From: Planctomycetota bacterium
GTDB taxonomy: Bacteria > Planctomycetota > PLA2 > JAEUHO01
Assembly: GCA_965222115.1 (NCBI GenBank)
Contig: CBDCTJ010000001.1
Span: 320,001-384,000, forward strand
Reading direction: 5' to 3'
Length of the DNA: 64,000 bases
Each line of letters opens with the position of its first letter. The first letter of the stretch is position 1. Below the pieces are notes generated by a model, which worked only from the letters and a program-made list of their open reading frames with translations, was not told the DNA's origin and searched no databases. A program made the translations under genes and the position numbers. Of the stretch, positions 41,228 through 52,228 are shown piece by piece.

Positions 41228-41758
41228 CTAACTCTCTTCCGACGACTCTTCCGCTTCGGGAAAGCACCACAATGTGATGCGTATGCCATTTGGCGTCTCA
41301 AGTTCGCCGGTGAGCATAGGCGAATCCATATAGTTCGAAACAGGCTTGCTAAACACGATGCCTCGGGCTTCAAGTTCAGTGGCCACATTCTTGAGGTCCT
41401 TCACCATAAATCCAAAGTCCAAGCATTCCGGCGGCATGGCCTTGAGCTTTTCGCTTGCGGGAATCACGCTAAAGAAAAACTCCCGCTCGGGACTCGTAAA
41501 CATGGCGAAGTCGGCACTAAACGCATTCACCGACAGGCCGAACACGTCATAGTAGAATCCGATTTCGGCCGCATAGTCTTCGACCGCATAACCAATGCAC
41601 TGGTTCCAACACGACCCGAATGCAAATGGAAACTTGTATTTAGGTGGCGTCCAACGCTCCTTCCATTCGTCGGGCGTCTTAAGCTCTGCGGCGAGCTTGA
41701 GCCGCGCGTTACCGATTTCACGATACCGTTCCGTGGTTTCGGCTGTATTCGTACTCAT
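41228..41758 (-). CDS. VOC/glyoxalase-like protein
   Basis: YAVEDYAAEIGFYYDVFGL, FMVKDL..VATELEARGIVF, TPNGIRITL; GAGG SD. Confidence 0.75.
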   Translation of the reverse strand: MSTNTAETTERYREIGNARLKLAAELKTPDEWKERWTPPKYKFPFAFGSCWNQCIGYAVEDYAAEIGFYYDVFGLSVNAFSADFAMFTSPEREFFFSVIPASEKLKAMPPECLDFGFMVKDLKNVATELEARGIVFSKPVSNYMDSPMLTGELETPNGIRITLWCFPEAEESSEES

Positions 41759-41963
41759 GCGCGTTCCTCAGGCATTAGGTGCAGGTCAACCATAGCACAT
41801 CCGCTGCGTCCATTTCCAGCAGGCTCGAGCGCCGCGCTCGATCGGGAAAAAGAGGCCGGCAGCGACCCGAGTCTCGGCGGCCCACGGCAGCCGTGTGAGC
41901 CATGCAAGCTCATCGTTTCGGCGCTACTCGATACGCACATCCGCACCGTCATAAGCACACCGC

Positions 41964-42287
41964 CTACGCCACGTGGATTCGCTCCACAGGCTTCTTGTCG
42001 CTACCGGCGACGGCGCTCTTCATGACGTATTCGCGTAAATGCACGCAGGTAGCATCATGGCGTGTTGCACAGGGCAAACACATCAGCGCCTCACGTACAA
42101 TTTCCCACCCAACCCCGCCGGGGTCATGGGGACGAAACCAAACCCACTTCTTCTTCTCCTTCTTATAGCGAAGGATGAAGCGATTGGCTTTCTCGCGTTT
42201 CGGATAGGCCTTAGGCCGAAGCTCCGTCGCGCGTCGTGTGGATCGCCCAGCACGGGCCTCACCACAACTCTCACAGCGAAATGACAT
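41964..42287 (-). CDS. Small basic zinc-ribbon protein
   Basis: MSFRCESC...RPKAYPKREKAN...DPGGVGWEIVREALMCLPC; two CxxC motifs around a Lys/Arg-rich insert. Confidence 0.65.
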   Translation of the reverse strand: MSFRCESCGEARAGRSTRRATELRPKAYPKREKANRFILRYKKEKKKWVWFRPHDPGGVGWEIVREALMCLPCATRHDATCVHLREYVMKSAVAGSDKKPVERIHVA

Positions 42288-42569
42288 CTCGCTGCAGCGG
42301 GTATCCACTCCCTGTTTCGTCAATCAGAGACGTCTCATCGATCAGAGACGCCGAGGCCCGCCTGCGTATAGATATGTTCAAGTTTGATTCCCGAATGAAT
42401 GCGCACCATCGCGCTCGGGACCCGCGAACCATAGCGAAGGCCTAGCGGTCGTCAACACACAATTTCCTGCTTCCACCCTGCAGGGCATGCATGCGAGCTA
42501 AAATTCGCCCGTGACAGCGAAATATCCGCCATCACTGCACCCTCGAGCGGCCATAGCTAGGTGGAGGCT

Positions 42570-45500
42570 ATGACTGCACCCGTGACGTCAACATCTCACG
42601 ATCGACTGATATCGGACTCTCGGCGTCTTCGATCGCTTGCGATCGCGCTGTTGGGTTGTCCGCACGCAGCCGATGATGCCGTGCAGGAAGTTTGGACGCG
42701 CGTACTCGTTCGAGATCCCGGTGCAACCGAGTTGCACGCGGGGTGGTTGCGTGGCGTTGTTCGAAACGTAGCACGGGAAATGCGCCGTTCGCGACGTCGC
42801 AGACTCGCTCGAGAAACCGTGGCGTATGCCATGCACGCGCGGGACAAGTGCATCGACCGTGGCGCTGCGGATGTCGCCGCTCGGCTTGAAGCGCATGAAG
42901 TACTCGTGCGTAGTGTACGCAGCCTTCCGGAGCCCATTCGCACCGCCATTGCACGACGCTACTTTGACGGTTGGACGGCTGCGCGCATCGCGCGGTTCTA
43001 CGATGTCCCAGCGGCAACGATTCGCTGGCGTTTGCAGCGAGGACTTGTGCTCCTCCGTAACGACCTTGACGAATCGCACGGAACGGCTGGCAGCACGGCT
43101 CTGCTCACCTCACTAGCTACCAAGTTGGCGCCTTGGGTTGCGCTGGGCAAGGGAGTATTGATCGTGTCAGCAACAAGCTGGAAGATCCTCATCGCGGCAG
43201 CTGTCGCTGCGTTAATTGCGCTCGTTCTCTGGGATCTCGCGGAAACGGAATCCGTGTCCGTTCATCGCTCTAATGCCGAAGAAGGCGCGCCAACGCTCGC
43301 TGCCACCTCAGAGCGTACCGAAATGCGAAGCCCGCACACACTGGACGTAGCGGTTGACGACGTGGCCGCGACCGAGAAAGCACGTGTACGCGTTACGGGT
43401 GTCGTGCTCAATGTACGTGGCGTACCCGTGCCGAACGCACAGGTGCGCGTGTCGTGGCAGTCTCATAAGGGCGTAACAACCTCAACCAATTCGGAAGGTC
43501 GCTACGAGCTTGTTGTAGACCCCGGAAGTGAATCTCGATCGATGTTGGCCGTCGTGGAAGCGACGCACAGCGGGCACGGATCGGGTCATGTATGTGCGCG
43601 ACTCGAACCCACACGATCACGTCGTGAAGCTGTAGAGCCAATTCGATTGCAGGCACACGCCCGACTTTCGATACACGTAAGCGGCGAAGGCACCCCGGTA
43701 AAGGATGCACTCGTTTTGCTCGTACGCACGGCGCAACACCGCGGTTCGCCGGCGTGGACCGAACTCGCGCGAGGCATGAGCCGTGCAAACGGCGAATGGA
43801 CGTCGCCGGACCCCGTCGCTGGATCTGTTGCAATTCATGTCGCTGCCAAAGGCTTCGGCCGCACGACGCTGGCGACGTTTGTAGACGCGCGACAAGACAC
43901 GCCGATTGAGATCGCCCTTGGCGAAGAGCGAGTGGCGCGGGTGCAAGTCCTCGATATCGCAACGGGGAATCCGATACCCGGTGCCGACATTGGCATCGCG
44001 AATTACGCGGACAACATAAAGCACCCTCTGCTTCCACAACTCCGCCCCGTCATCACGGACCATGAGGGCTACGCGACCATCGACCAGCTTCCTCTAGATC
44101 GGGCGCTGTACCTACATCCGACGATCGACGGTTATGCCGGCCCCGTAACTGATCTAAAGAAAAACATGATCCACGTGCTGGCACCGTATCAAACGGATCG
44201 CACCGTGTGGATGCAGCCGGTAGGCACGCTAGCGATACCCATCAAGCCAGGTCCCTATGTACCGCCCGTCGGAACGAAGCTTGCGATCGTCTCCAGATCC
44301 ACCATTCCTGGACAAGAAGCCACCGTTACACAAGACGGCGTTCAGATTACCGGAACGCGCATCAAGCCCGGCTGGGCACCCGTCGCAGAGAGTTTCCACG
44401 GCACGCTCGTAGCGCCGGACCAGTCGTGGTCTCGCATTGACGTGAGCTTTGGACACGGAGCCGACAAGCCCATCGAGTTCTTCCCCGACCGAACATTTAC
44501 CGTGGAGGTGACACACGCCGACGGTTCGCCAGCCGCAAAGCTTCCACTGCAATTCAGCAAGCGCGCACCCGGGTTCGCGCCGGTAGTGACCGACGGCGCG
44601 GGACGTGCGAACGTCTCGCACTGCATGCCCGTTGTCGGGGAACTCCGTACCCGCGCACCGGAGCCCTACGTATACGGTCGCGCGAACTCGGTCCTACTGG
44701 GCGATTACAACCCGTTGGCAGACGATGGCGTGCAGCGCTATGTTCTGCCCACCATCCAGACACTCTCCGTACAACTCACCTGTGGAGGAAAGCCACTAAT
44801 TCCTCACCCATTTCGTGTGCGCCTTGACGGAACGATCATCCACTGGAGCCAGATCGAGCAAGACGTAGACACCGGAATGCTACGAATACAGCATCCGCGT
44901 ACAACGAATGACGCCGTTCTGTTCGAGATCGGAGGCTATGGAATTCAAGACGCCAAGAAGCGTCTCGTCATAGGCGCCGCGGCGACGCACACGTTGGAAC
45001 TCACCCGCGCTTGTCGACTCGTGTGCCATGTACAACCGCCCGCAGATGGCAGTTACGTGCTGGGGATTGAACGGTGGAATGCGGCCAAGCGGCAGTGGGA
45101 ACGGGTGCCGCGTCCGATGGAACTCGACTCAAGTGCGAAAGACAGACAGATGCTCGCTGGTGAACACGAGTGGCGATTCATGCGGCTCGCGCCAGGTCGC
45201 TACCGCGTAATCGACTATCATTCTCGCCTTACGAGTGACGCGATCGAGTTTCAACAGGGTGATGATCCGATCCAGGTTGAGCTGAATCTCTCGCGAGCGA
45301 CGTGGGTTCGCTGCAAGGTCACTGCACCACCCTCGTTCACGCTCGAGGGCATCCAACTTCAGGCCTATCGTGGCGACACGCTGCTGCGGGGCCGCTACAA
45401 CATGGAGCGAACGAGCTACTCGGCGCCGACGTATCGAGTTCGCGGTGTCATCGGAGTACCGCTCCGACTTATCGTCAAGCACCCAACTCTACGCATGTTG

Positions 45501-46141
45501 CAACCCAAGGTGTGACCGTGCGCCCGGGATCGGCAAATGTCGCCAAGCTCGAACTCGTTCGTGGTGAGTCTTCAATGCAATTCCGGCTAAGCGCGGAATC
45601 CCCTATTAAGTCTTCGACGATGACGGCGTGGATAACGGTCGATAGCGACACGAAGCCTCGCCGGTTGAAAGCAACCCGGGTAGACAGCGTTTGGACGTTG
45701 CATTCACTTCCTGCGTCGGAAGCGTTTACTGTGATCCTGGATCCAGGTCGAGCGTATGAGCCCAAACAACTCGGCCCGTTTGAACCCATGCACGGCCAAC
45801 GCGATCTTGGCACCGTTGCTGTCAACAGGGGCTCAACACTTCGTGTCAGCGTACGTCACAGTGAGAGCAAGCGGCAACCGGCGGTCCTCGTCGAGGTGCT
45901 CCTGAAGATCCACGGCTCTACGATTACTCGTTGGGCATGGGCCGAAAGCGGTGCATCAGGCGACATTGTCGTTCGGGGACTTCCATCGGGCACGCATCGA
46001 GCATTCGTCAAGCCCGGCCATATTCCACCGAACGCATTCGCTACATCGTCGGCCGGTGCATCGAAGCGCCCAGACCCCATCATTCGAGACGTCGATATCC
46101 CGATCGATGGGGAAGGCGTCTTGGACGTAACCCTGCGTTAG
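42570..46141 (+). CDS. ECF sigma-TM-carboxypeptidase-regulatory-like repeat fusion, with one apparent frameshift near 45505
   Basis: ADDAVQEVW, WLRGVVRN, VPAATIRWRLQRGL, TM helix, GVVLNVRGVPVPNAQV...TNSEGRY. One added base at CCCAA joins ORF 45302..46141. Confidence 0.82.
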
Positions 46142-46189
46142 AAATAGCATATCGCGTTGTGAGGTTCACGTGCCGCAATCAACTGGCAG

Positions 46190-47536
46190 CTACTTGGCCT
46201 TGCCGTACTTCCCCTGCAACGCCCGCAACATCCGTTTGCGCTCTTTCGCGGCTTCTTTCTTTGCGCCCGATAACGAGGGGGCATCACCACTTGCGAATTC
46301 GCGCATCAACGCCCAAATCATGAGTTTCCGAGTGGTCCACGAGTCTGCGGCATCGGCAGCAACTCGCTCGCCGGCGATCAACAGACCCAGCAGCTTCTTT
46401 CGGTCATCGGTCATCATGACGCCACTTACGGAGAGATCGCCCCAAAACGCTTTGTTCTTCTCTTCGTCGAAGCGCACGCCTGGAAATACATACGTGACGG
46501 CCATGAGCCCCTTGCGCGCAAGCGTTCGAGTATCGTCGGTCTTCTTGGCGCAGTAGGACTGAAACCCTTCGTCCTTCGCCGCCGTGCGAAACACCGACGA
46601 CGACGGGGCTCGATCCAATAGTTGGCTCAGTATCGATTCATACTTCTTCGACTCAAGCAACGGCGCCAACTCCTTTGCATTGAGCGGAAACGCCTTGCCA
46701 TAGGCCTTCACGATCCATCCGCGCAGATCTATTGACTTGCCCGAACTTCCGGCCAGCTCGAAGAGCGCCTTGTCGCGCTTCTCTTTCTTGGAAGGTGACC
46801 ACGACTTGAGCACAGTATCGAGCAGTTGAATGCCTTTCACATCCTTGGGTTCACCTTCGATCTCGGGAGAACTACCCAGCACGCCTTCGGCCCATTCCTT
46901 AATGTTGAACGATACCGGCGCTTTGGCCACGAGCGACTTCATGGAGGCACGTAGCGCATCCTTGTCCTTTCCGAGTGTGGCATCCAAGTACTGTGTAAGC
47001 AACGTCGCAGCACTGGATTCGATGCCGAGCGCCTTCTCAATGGCGGCGTCCGCGCCGTATGGGCCACCCACATAACACACCAGACCTTTACTGTCGATGA
47101 CGTAAGAACTCGGCCAGCTCTTAGGCTTGTAGCGCTTGATACACGCTTGGTCAGGATCGCAGCCCACTGGCATCGTGTATGATTTCTCGTTCAAGAACGA
47201 CTTCACGTCGTCAGCAGCTTCGCGCGTAATGGCAACCACCAACAATCCTCGTGATTGGTAACGTTCCCACAACGTCTGAATCTTGGGCATCGAGCGAACG
47301 CACGGCCCACACCAGGTACCCCAAAGTTCAACGAGTATCGCCTTGTGCTCGGTCCCGTCGCATGGGTTCTTGCCCCCTTCGCAGTTTAGCCACGTCTTGG
47401 CGGAGATCTTGGGTGCCTTCTCTCCCACCGCAGGCCGCGCCGATGCCGGCGCTTCCTTTGCCAACACGCTTGCACTGCTCATCAACGAAACCACGACAAT
47501 GCCTACGCTCAACGTCACCCAAAGCGACTTTTTCAC
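46190..47536 (-). CDS. Exported TlpA-like thioredoxin-fold protein with a helical C-terminal extension
   Basis: Signal peptide; VGEKAP, ELWGTWCGPC, WPSSYVID. Confidence 0.88.
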   Translation of the reverse strand: MKKSLWVTLSVGIVVVSLMSSASVLAKEAPASARPAVGEKAPKISAKTWLNCEGGKNPCDGTEHKAILVELWGTWCGPCVRSMPKIQTLWERYQSRGLLVVAITREAADDVKSFLNEKSYTMPVGCDPDQACIKRYKPKSWPSSYVIDSKGLVCYVGGPYGADAAIEKALGIESSAATLLTQYLDATLGKDKDALRASMKSLVAKAPVSFNIKEWAEGVLGSSPEIEGEPKDVKGIQLLDTVLKSWSPSKKEKRDKALFELAGSSGKSIDLRGWIVKAYGKAFPLNAKELAPLLESKKYESILSQLLDRAPSSSVFRTAAKDEGFQSYCAKKTDDTRTLARKGLMAVTYVFPGVRFDEEKNKAFWGDLSVSGVMMTDDRKKLLGLLIAGERVAADAADSWTTRKLMIWALMREFASGDAPSLSGAKKEAAKERKRMLRALQGKYGKAK

Positions 47537-47682
47537 GTCGAACCCTCCCAGATACGCCTCCGACAGTGCACCTGCCGCGGGTGCCCTCGACGACAGGGGG
47601 TGGACGTATGGGCGCTATACTATTGCGCTTGCAACACCAACGTGTAACGGCTCATGCTCTGCACCACCCAATGGGCGCACGT

Positions 47683-48054
47683 TTACACATGTTGATCGAT
47701 GAGCACGGGATTTCCATCGGGATCCACGAGCATGATGCTCGCCGGGCCCTTGGTGCCGTCTTCCACGCGCGTCAGCAACGTGATGCCCTTGTCGTCAAGG
47801 TGTTTTTGAATATCGCGGACATCGGTAAAGCCCTCGATCGTCTTACCGTCGCGCGTCCAACCGGGATTGAACGTCAGGCAGTTCTTCTCGAACATGCCCT
47901 GGAACAGACCAATCGTGCTCGTCTCATTCTGCAAAATGAGCCAGTTCTGCTTGGGGTCGCCGCCAAACTTTTTGAATCCCAACGATTCATAGAACGCCCG
48001 CGATACGGCGAGGTCCTTAACGGCAAGGCTGACGGAGAAGTTTCCTAGATTCAT
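47683..48054 (-). CDS. VOC/glyoxalase family protein
   Basis: [43 protein letters not shown]; AAGGAG SD. Confidence 0.92.
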   Translation of the reverse strand: MNLGNFSVSLAVKDLAVSRAFYESLGFKKFGGDPKQNWLILQNETSTIGLFQGMFEKNCLTFNPGWTRDGKTIEGFTDVRDIQKHLDDKGITLLTRVEDGTKGPASIMLVDPDGNPVLIDQHV

Positions 48055-48137
48055 GATGGCTCCTTTGATTTCCATTGTGGAGGAGTTTGCGGAGCCGTTG
48101 AATAGGGCGCTATCCAAATCTTGCGGAATCTAAATTT

Positions 48138-49040
48138 ATGGACACGAAGCCAACGTCCATCGACTACGTCGAGCGAGTCAATCTGGCGATCGACTACATT
48201 CTCCAGAACCTCGATCAGCCCATTCGGCTCGATCGCGTGGCGGCTGTGGCGTGCTTTTCGCCATTTCACTTTCATCGCATATTTCGTTCGCTCGTTGGCG
48301 AAACGCTGCGCCAGTTCGTTCGGCGACTACGTCTCGAGCGTGCGCTGCGCATGATGAATCATCGTCCAAACCTGTCCCTCACAGACATCGGCCTGGCGTG
48401 TGGATTTTCTTCGTCGTCTGATTTCGCACGTTCCTTCAAACAACGGTTTGGTGTGCCACCAAGCGCGTTCGACATCAAGACCTATCGAGATCAGAATCGA
48501 GACAAACTCATCGAGTCCGCGTCACCGTCGGGCCACCGCCTTGAGCGACTGCCGGTCGGCGAGAATCCCGATGGGTTCACGGTGACCCTTCGCGACGTGC
48601 CCGCTCGCACCGTCGCCTACATCCGTGTGGCCCGACCGTTCGAAGGTGTGCCTGTTATGGAGGCGGCAACGCGACTGGTAACGTGGGCAACGTCCCGTGG
48701 GTTGGAGCATGGACAGTGGCTCGGGTACATGTGGGACGATCCCGAGACAGTCGCGCTCGAAGACTGCCGCTATGACGTAGGCGTTGTTGTCCCCGATGTC
48801 ACGCCCCGCGGCGAAATCGGACGCTTCGACTTTCCACCCATGCTGGTTGCCGACGTGGAAATCCACGGGGAGATCGATCTAGAGCAACGGGCCATCGACT
48901 GGATCTGGGGCACATGGCTCCCGCAAAGCGGGTACGTACCCACCGATCTTCCATCGTTCGAAGCGTGGCAGGGACTGCCGTTCGCTCATGGGGAGAGCTA
49001 TTACGAACTCAACCTGCAGCTACCAGTTGAACGACCGTAG
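48138..49040 (+). CDS. AraC family regulator with a GyrI-like effector domain
   Basis: FSPFHFHRIF, CGFSSSSDFARSFK, DDPE...CRYD, WLPQSGY; divergent from the VOC gene. Confidence 0.93.
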   Translation: MDTKPTSIDYVERVNLAIDYILQNLDQPIRLDRVAAVACFSPFHFHRIFRSLVGETLRQFVRRLRLERALRMMNHRPNLSLTDIGLACGFSSSSDFARSFKQRFGVPPSAFDIKTYRDQNRDKLIESASPSGHRLERLPVGENPDGFTVTLRDVPARTVAYIRVARPFEGVPVMEAATRLVTWATSRGLEHGQWLGYMWDDPETVALEDCRYDVGVVVPDVTPRGEIGRFDFPPMLVADVEIHGEIDLEQRAIDWIWGTWLPQSGYVPTDLPSFEAWQGLPFAHGESYYELNLQLPVERP

Positions 49041-49156
49041 CGTCGAGCGAGATCAATTGCGATCGAGATGCGACCCCGCTGTACCCACCCGCCTCTCGAT
49101 TCGCCACAGGTACGCGCCCTTCCGCGCAGCACCTAGCCTTCGTAGTCGGGTGCATA

Positions 49157-49263
49157 AAGGGGTTTGTCCCCTTGATAAACATGGCAAGGGGGTTAGCTCA
49201 CGATCTTGGTTCGCGACGCGTAGCGGAGCCATCCAAGTCGGGAGCGTAAGGGGCCTGCCCCTT
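49157..49263. repeat. Pair of related short palindromes (REP/terminator-like) downstream of the tRNA
   Basis: AAGGGG-TTTGT-CCCCTT at 49157-49173 and AAGGGGC-CT-GCCCCTT at 49248-49263, followed by GATAAAC and GTAAAAC respectively. Confidence 0.6.
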
Positions 49264-49274
49264 GTAAAACACGG

Positions 49275-49346
49275 AGCCCCGGGTCGGATTTGAACCGACG
49301 ACCCCAGCTTTACGAAAGCTGTGCTCTACCACTGAGCTACCAGGGC
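49275..49346 (-). tRNA. tRNA-Thr(CGT)
   Basis: GCCCTGGTAGCTCAGTGGTAGAGCACAGCTTTCGTAAAGCTGGGGTCGTCGGTTCAAATCCGACCCGGGGCT forms a full cloverleaf with anticodon CGT; followed by CCG, so CCA is not fully encoded. Confidence 0.97.
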
Positions 49347-49591
49347 GTATTGTCTTTCAGGGTGTACTGCCCATGAGACGGTCGGCGCGTGGCCGGCTGG
49401 AGAAGGTATCGGAAAGTCGGCTGTTGGGCGTGTTGTTTTGGAGCCCGTGTAGCCTCGCTCGAGCACATCAGAGCGCACGCCGCGCATGAGTCGTCACGAA
49501 GATAGACGACGAGGCAAACAAAGCCACCGCGATGGCGCCGGGAGGCGCATGAAACGGCCGGCCGGCGCGTAGAATCGGTTTCGAGAGGCCC

Positions 49592-51151
49592 ATGCCGACT
49601 GTTTCCTCCCCTTCCGTGACGACGTGCCCGCGGTGCAATGCGCCGGTTCGGGGGGTGTACAAGTTCTGCCCGGAGTGTGCCTATCGGCTCGCGCCCGTGG
49701 AGGTCATGGCCGAGTCCGTGCAGCGGGCATCAAGGCATTCGTGGCCCATGTGGCTACTCACGGCATTCGTGCTTGCGCTTTTGGGGAGCCTCTTCGCCAT
49801 CGGCTATTCGCTGCTCACCGCCAAGCCCGAGTCCATGGAGGTCGAAGAGCGAACGCCCGAGACGCGACGACTCGAAGTCAACGATATCGATAGCCAGTTT
49901 GAATTCGTGCCGGGAGGTATTGCCCACATTGGAAGCGAGACGGAGATCGTGAAGCAACCGCAGCCGCTTCCCGAAGACTTGATTGCGGACGTAATCGAAG
50001 ACCTAGCATTTGACTGGGGCCACGACGAAGCGCAGGCACTTTTGAATCGCCCCACGATGGTCGCGGGAAGTTGGCCAGCCATCTTTAGCACGGCGTGGAT
50101 GACGTACAAGAGTTCGCTGGAAGCCCTGCGTGAAACGCGCGAGATTCGGATCGCCATGCGCGCGCCCGATGTGTGGCTCATGCGGCAGGAAGTCACGTGC
50201 GGGCAGTACGCTGCCTTCGTTGACGCCATGCACGAGTCGCCAAGTACATTCCGCGCGCCCCAGTGGGCCCATGCGCTCTGGCAGCCAACACACAAAGAAG
50301 GACAAGACTACACACGCGGCTACGAAAAAGCGTGGCGTCGCGCACTTGGGGAGCACTGGGCACACATCAAGGCGTCACCATCATCCTCAGAAGACGAAGC
50401 ATTGACGGAATCGCTGAAGCAACTATTCATGCTACCGCTGTCGCCCAAGGCCGCCGCCTGGCTACTTACGCCAGTCTCCTGGGTGTCCTTGTCGCCCGAT
50501 GGAAGTCTCACGTACGCCATTCCAAAGGATCAAGACGATACGCCCGTGACGGGCGTGTCGTGGTGGGACGCCAACATATTCGTGGAGTGGGTGCGGCAAC
50601 GTCTTGCCAATCCAAACATCAAGTTGCCCAACGAAGCTGAGTACAGCTTGGCGTTTCATGGCGGTCTCAATCTCGATCGGGATGAGGAGCCAAGCTTGAT
50701 TTGGCCCTGGGGCACGGAAGACGATGTGCAGCGCTGCAACAATCTCAACTACGGCGAGTTATCGGGTCAAGTGCGACTGGATTCGGTCCACCGCGAAGTG
50801 GCGCGCCAGCAGCTGCTCGGATCGACGTCTTCCCGCACAAGCATCGTCTCACTTGCAGGCAATGCAGCCGAATGGGTGCTTGAAAGTGACTTCAATCGCC
50901 ACAGCGAGCCGGGCCGTCCCGCATACTACGTAGCTCGCGACGACCTCGACGACGTACGCGTTCATATGAAAGGGGCACGCAAACGCTCCGGCTGGGACCG
51001 TGCCACGCTCGCCGGCGGCTCGTATCGAGATGGATTGGATGACTGTGCCTATCACCCTTCGCGCAGTTGGCCGTCGGAAGACAAACGAGTACGTCGCGCC
51101 TACATTGGATTTCGATTGGCCATGCGACCGGCGCCATTTGGTAGCGATTGA
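49592..51151 (+). CDS. Zinc-ribbon, TM and FGE/SUMF1-fold domain protein
   Basis: CPRC..FCPEC, TM helix, EVTCGQY..F, PVTGVSWWDA, LPNEAEY, WPWG, AGNAAEW, GGSY, IGFRL. Confidence 0.85.
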   Translation: MPTVSSPSVTTCPRCNAPVRGVYKFCPECAYRLAPVEVMAESVQRASRHSWPMWLLTAFVLALLGSLFAIGYSLLTAKPESMEVEERTPETRRLEVNDIDSQFEFVPGGIAHIGSETEIVKQPQPLPEDLIADVIEDLAFDWGHDEAQALLNRPTMVAGSWPAIFSTAWMTYKSSLEALRETREIRIAMRAPDVWLMRQEVTCGQYAAFVDAMHESPSTFRAPQWAHALWQPTHKEGQDYTRGYEKAWRRALGEHWAHIKASPSSSEDEALTESLKQLFMLPLSPKAAAWLLTPVSWVSLSPDGSLTYAIPKDQDDTPVTGVSWWDANIFVEWVRQRLANPNIKLPNEAEYSLAFHGGLNLDRDEEPSLIWPWGTEDDVQRCNNLNYGELSGQVRLDSVHREVARQQLLGSTSSRTSIVSLAGNAAEWVLESDFNRHSEPGRPAYYVARDDLDDVRVHMKGARKRSGWDRATLAGGSYRDGLDDCAYHPSRSWPSEDKRVRRAYIGFRLAMRPAPFGSD

Positions 51152-51154
51152 TTC

Positions 51155-52057
51155 GTGCATCGAGGAACAACCGCCTTATTGGTCGTGCTCATGCTGGCCG
51201 CGGGAGCAGCGGCGTGGTTGCTCATGCGAGACGCGCCTGTAGGCGTTGCCGAGCACGATCCGCGATCCCTAGAGCCCGCACCCTCACCTGCATCGAGCAA
51301 CACGGGGACGAACGCACATACCGGAGCCAACGCTACCTCCGGCGATACCGCACTAAACAGCGAACCGCCAATAGAACTCGAGGTGGACGACGTTCCCCGC
51401 ATCTACCCGCCGGACGCTGCTATCGAAGACCTGCGCGATTTGACCACAGGTAGCACGGAACCGACCTGGCGTGAATGGCAACACGCGACCAAGAACGCAT
51501 TACGCAGTCGCACGTGGCTAAACGAATACTGGAAGGCACTGCGTGTGCTTCCACCGGGGCACATGCGCACGTTGGGGCTATCCGCGCTCGGCATACTACG
51601 CAGCGATGCAGCATTTCGAACACGCGTCACGCGAGCCATTACCCGCCGGGCGAACGTACATCCCGACGACGTGACGGGTTTGTTGTTGGCACTCGCCTAT
51701 GCCAGCGACCCGACGAGCAAGACGGCCAAGACCATCCAAGCCGACGGCTACTCGTTTCAAATCGACACCCTTGAACTCACCCCGCAGACCGCCGACGCAC
51801 TCGCAAGTATGCTCACAGCCCTAGAGAGCAAACACACGCTTGCGATCTCGGTCTTGATGCACAACGTGGAAGCGTCCGTCGACGCTGCACGCAAGCTCCT
51901 GCTTCAAGGCTCGAGACGCGACGCCAAAGATGTCGAACTCAGGGCGTGGGTTGCAGACGTGGTGCCGGCGATTAGAGCGGCCCTCATTGGCGCTGCGCTC
52001 AAGCATGACGGGTGGAACGAACAGGAACGGGCGGCACTCGTTAAAGGACGGGAATAG
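51155..52057 (+). CDS. Hypothetical membrane-anchored helical protein
   Basis: N-terminal TM helix and low-complexity linker; starts 3 nt after the upstream stop. Confidence 0.65.
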   Translation: MHRGTTALLVVLMLAAGAAAWLLMRDAPVGVAEHDPRSLEPAPSPASSNTGTNAHTGANATSGDTALNSEPPIELEVDDVPRIYPPDAAIEDLRDLTTGSTEPTWREWQHATKNALRSRTWLNEYWKALRVLPPGHMRTLGLSALGILRSDAAFRTRVTRAITRRANVHPDDVTGLLLALAYASDPTSKTAKTIQADGYSFQIDTLELTPQTADALASMLTALESKHTLAISVLMHNVEASVDAARKLLLQGSRRDAKDVELRAWVADVVPAIRAALIGAALKHDGWNEQERAALVKGRE

Positions 52058-52157
52058 ACGTACTTCGCACGAGCTAGATGTTCTCGGTACTCGACTTGGT
52101 GAACGATCCCTTTAGTTCTGCCCTTCGATGCGCACGACGCGGATCTTCCGATTTCAC

Positions 52158-52218
52158 CAATTGGTGCCGGGAGCGAATGCGTAAGTTCACAATTCGTGCC
52201 GGGAGCGAATGCGCAAGT
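52158..52218. repeat. Tandem 29-nt imperfect direct repeat, 32-nt period
   Basis: CAATTGGTGCCGGGAGCGAATGCGTAAGT and CAATTCGTGCCGGGAGCGAATGCGCAAGT, between convergent genes. Confidence 0.85.
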
Positions 52219-52228
52219 AAGGCGATTT

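Noticed and set aside
14590-45515. Sec read-through at the TGA stops at 14592, 24435 and 45515
   Set aside because: No redox motif context; at 14592 and 45515 the protein continues in a different frame, and at 24435 the read-through shows no family motif.
1-49346. Genomic island integrated at tRNA-Thr
   Set aside because: No integrase and no duplicated tRNA 3' end found; the left part also contains core-like genes (uup, ppk2, Yej-type ABC).
49592-51151. DGR target (FGE/CLec fold)
   Set aside because: No reverse transcriptase and no template-repeat copy of the C-terminal region seen in the window.
52158-52218. Mini CRISPR array
   Set aside because: Only two units separated by 3 nt, with no spacer and no cas genes.
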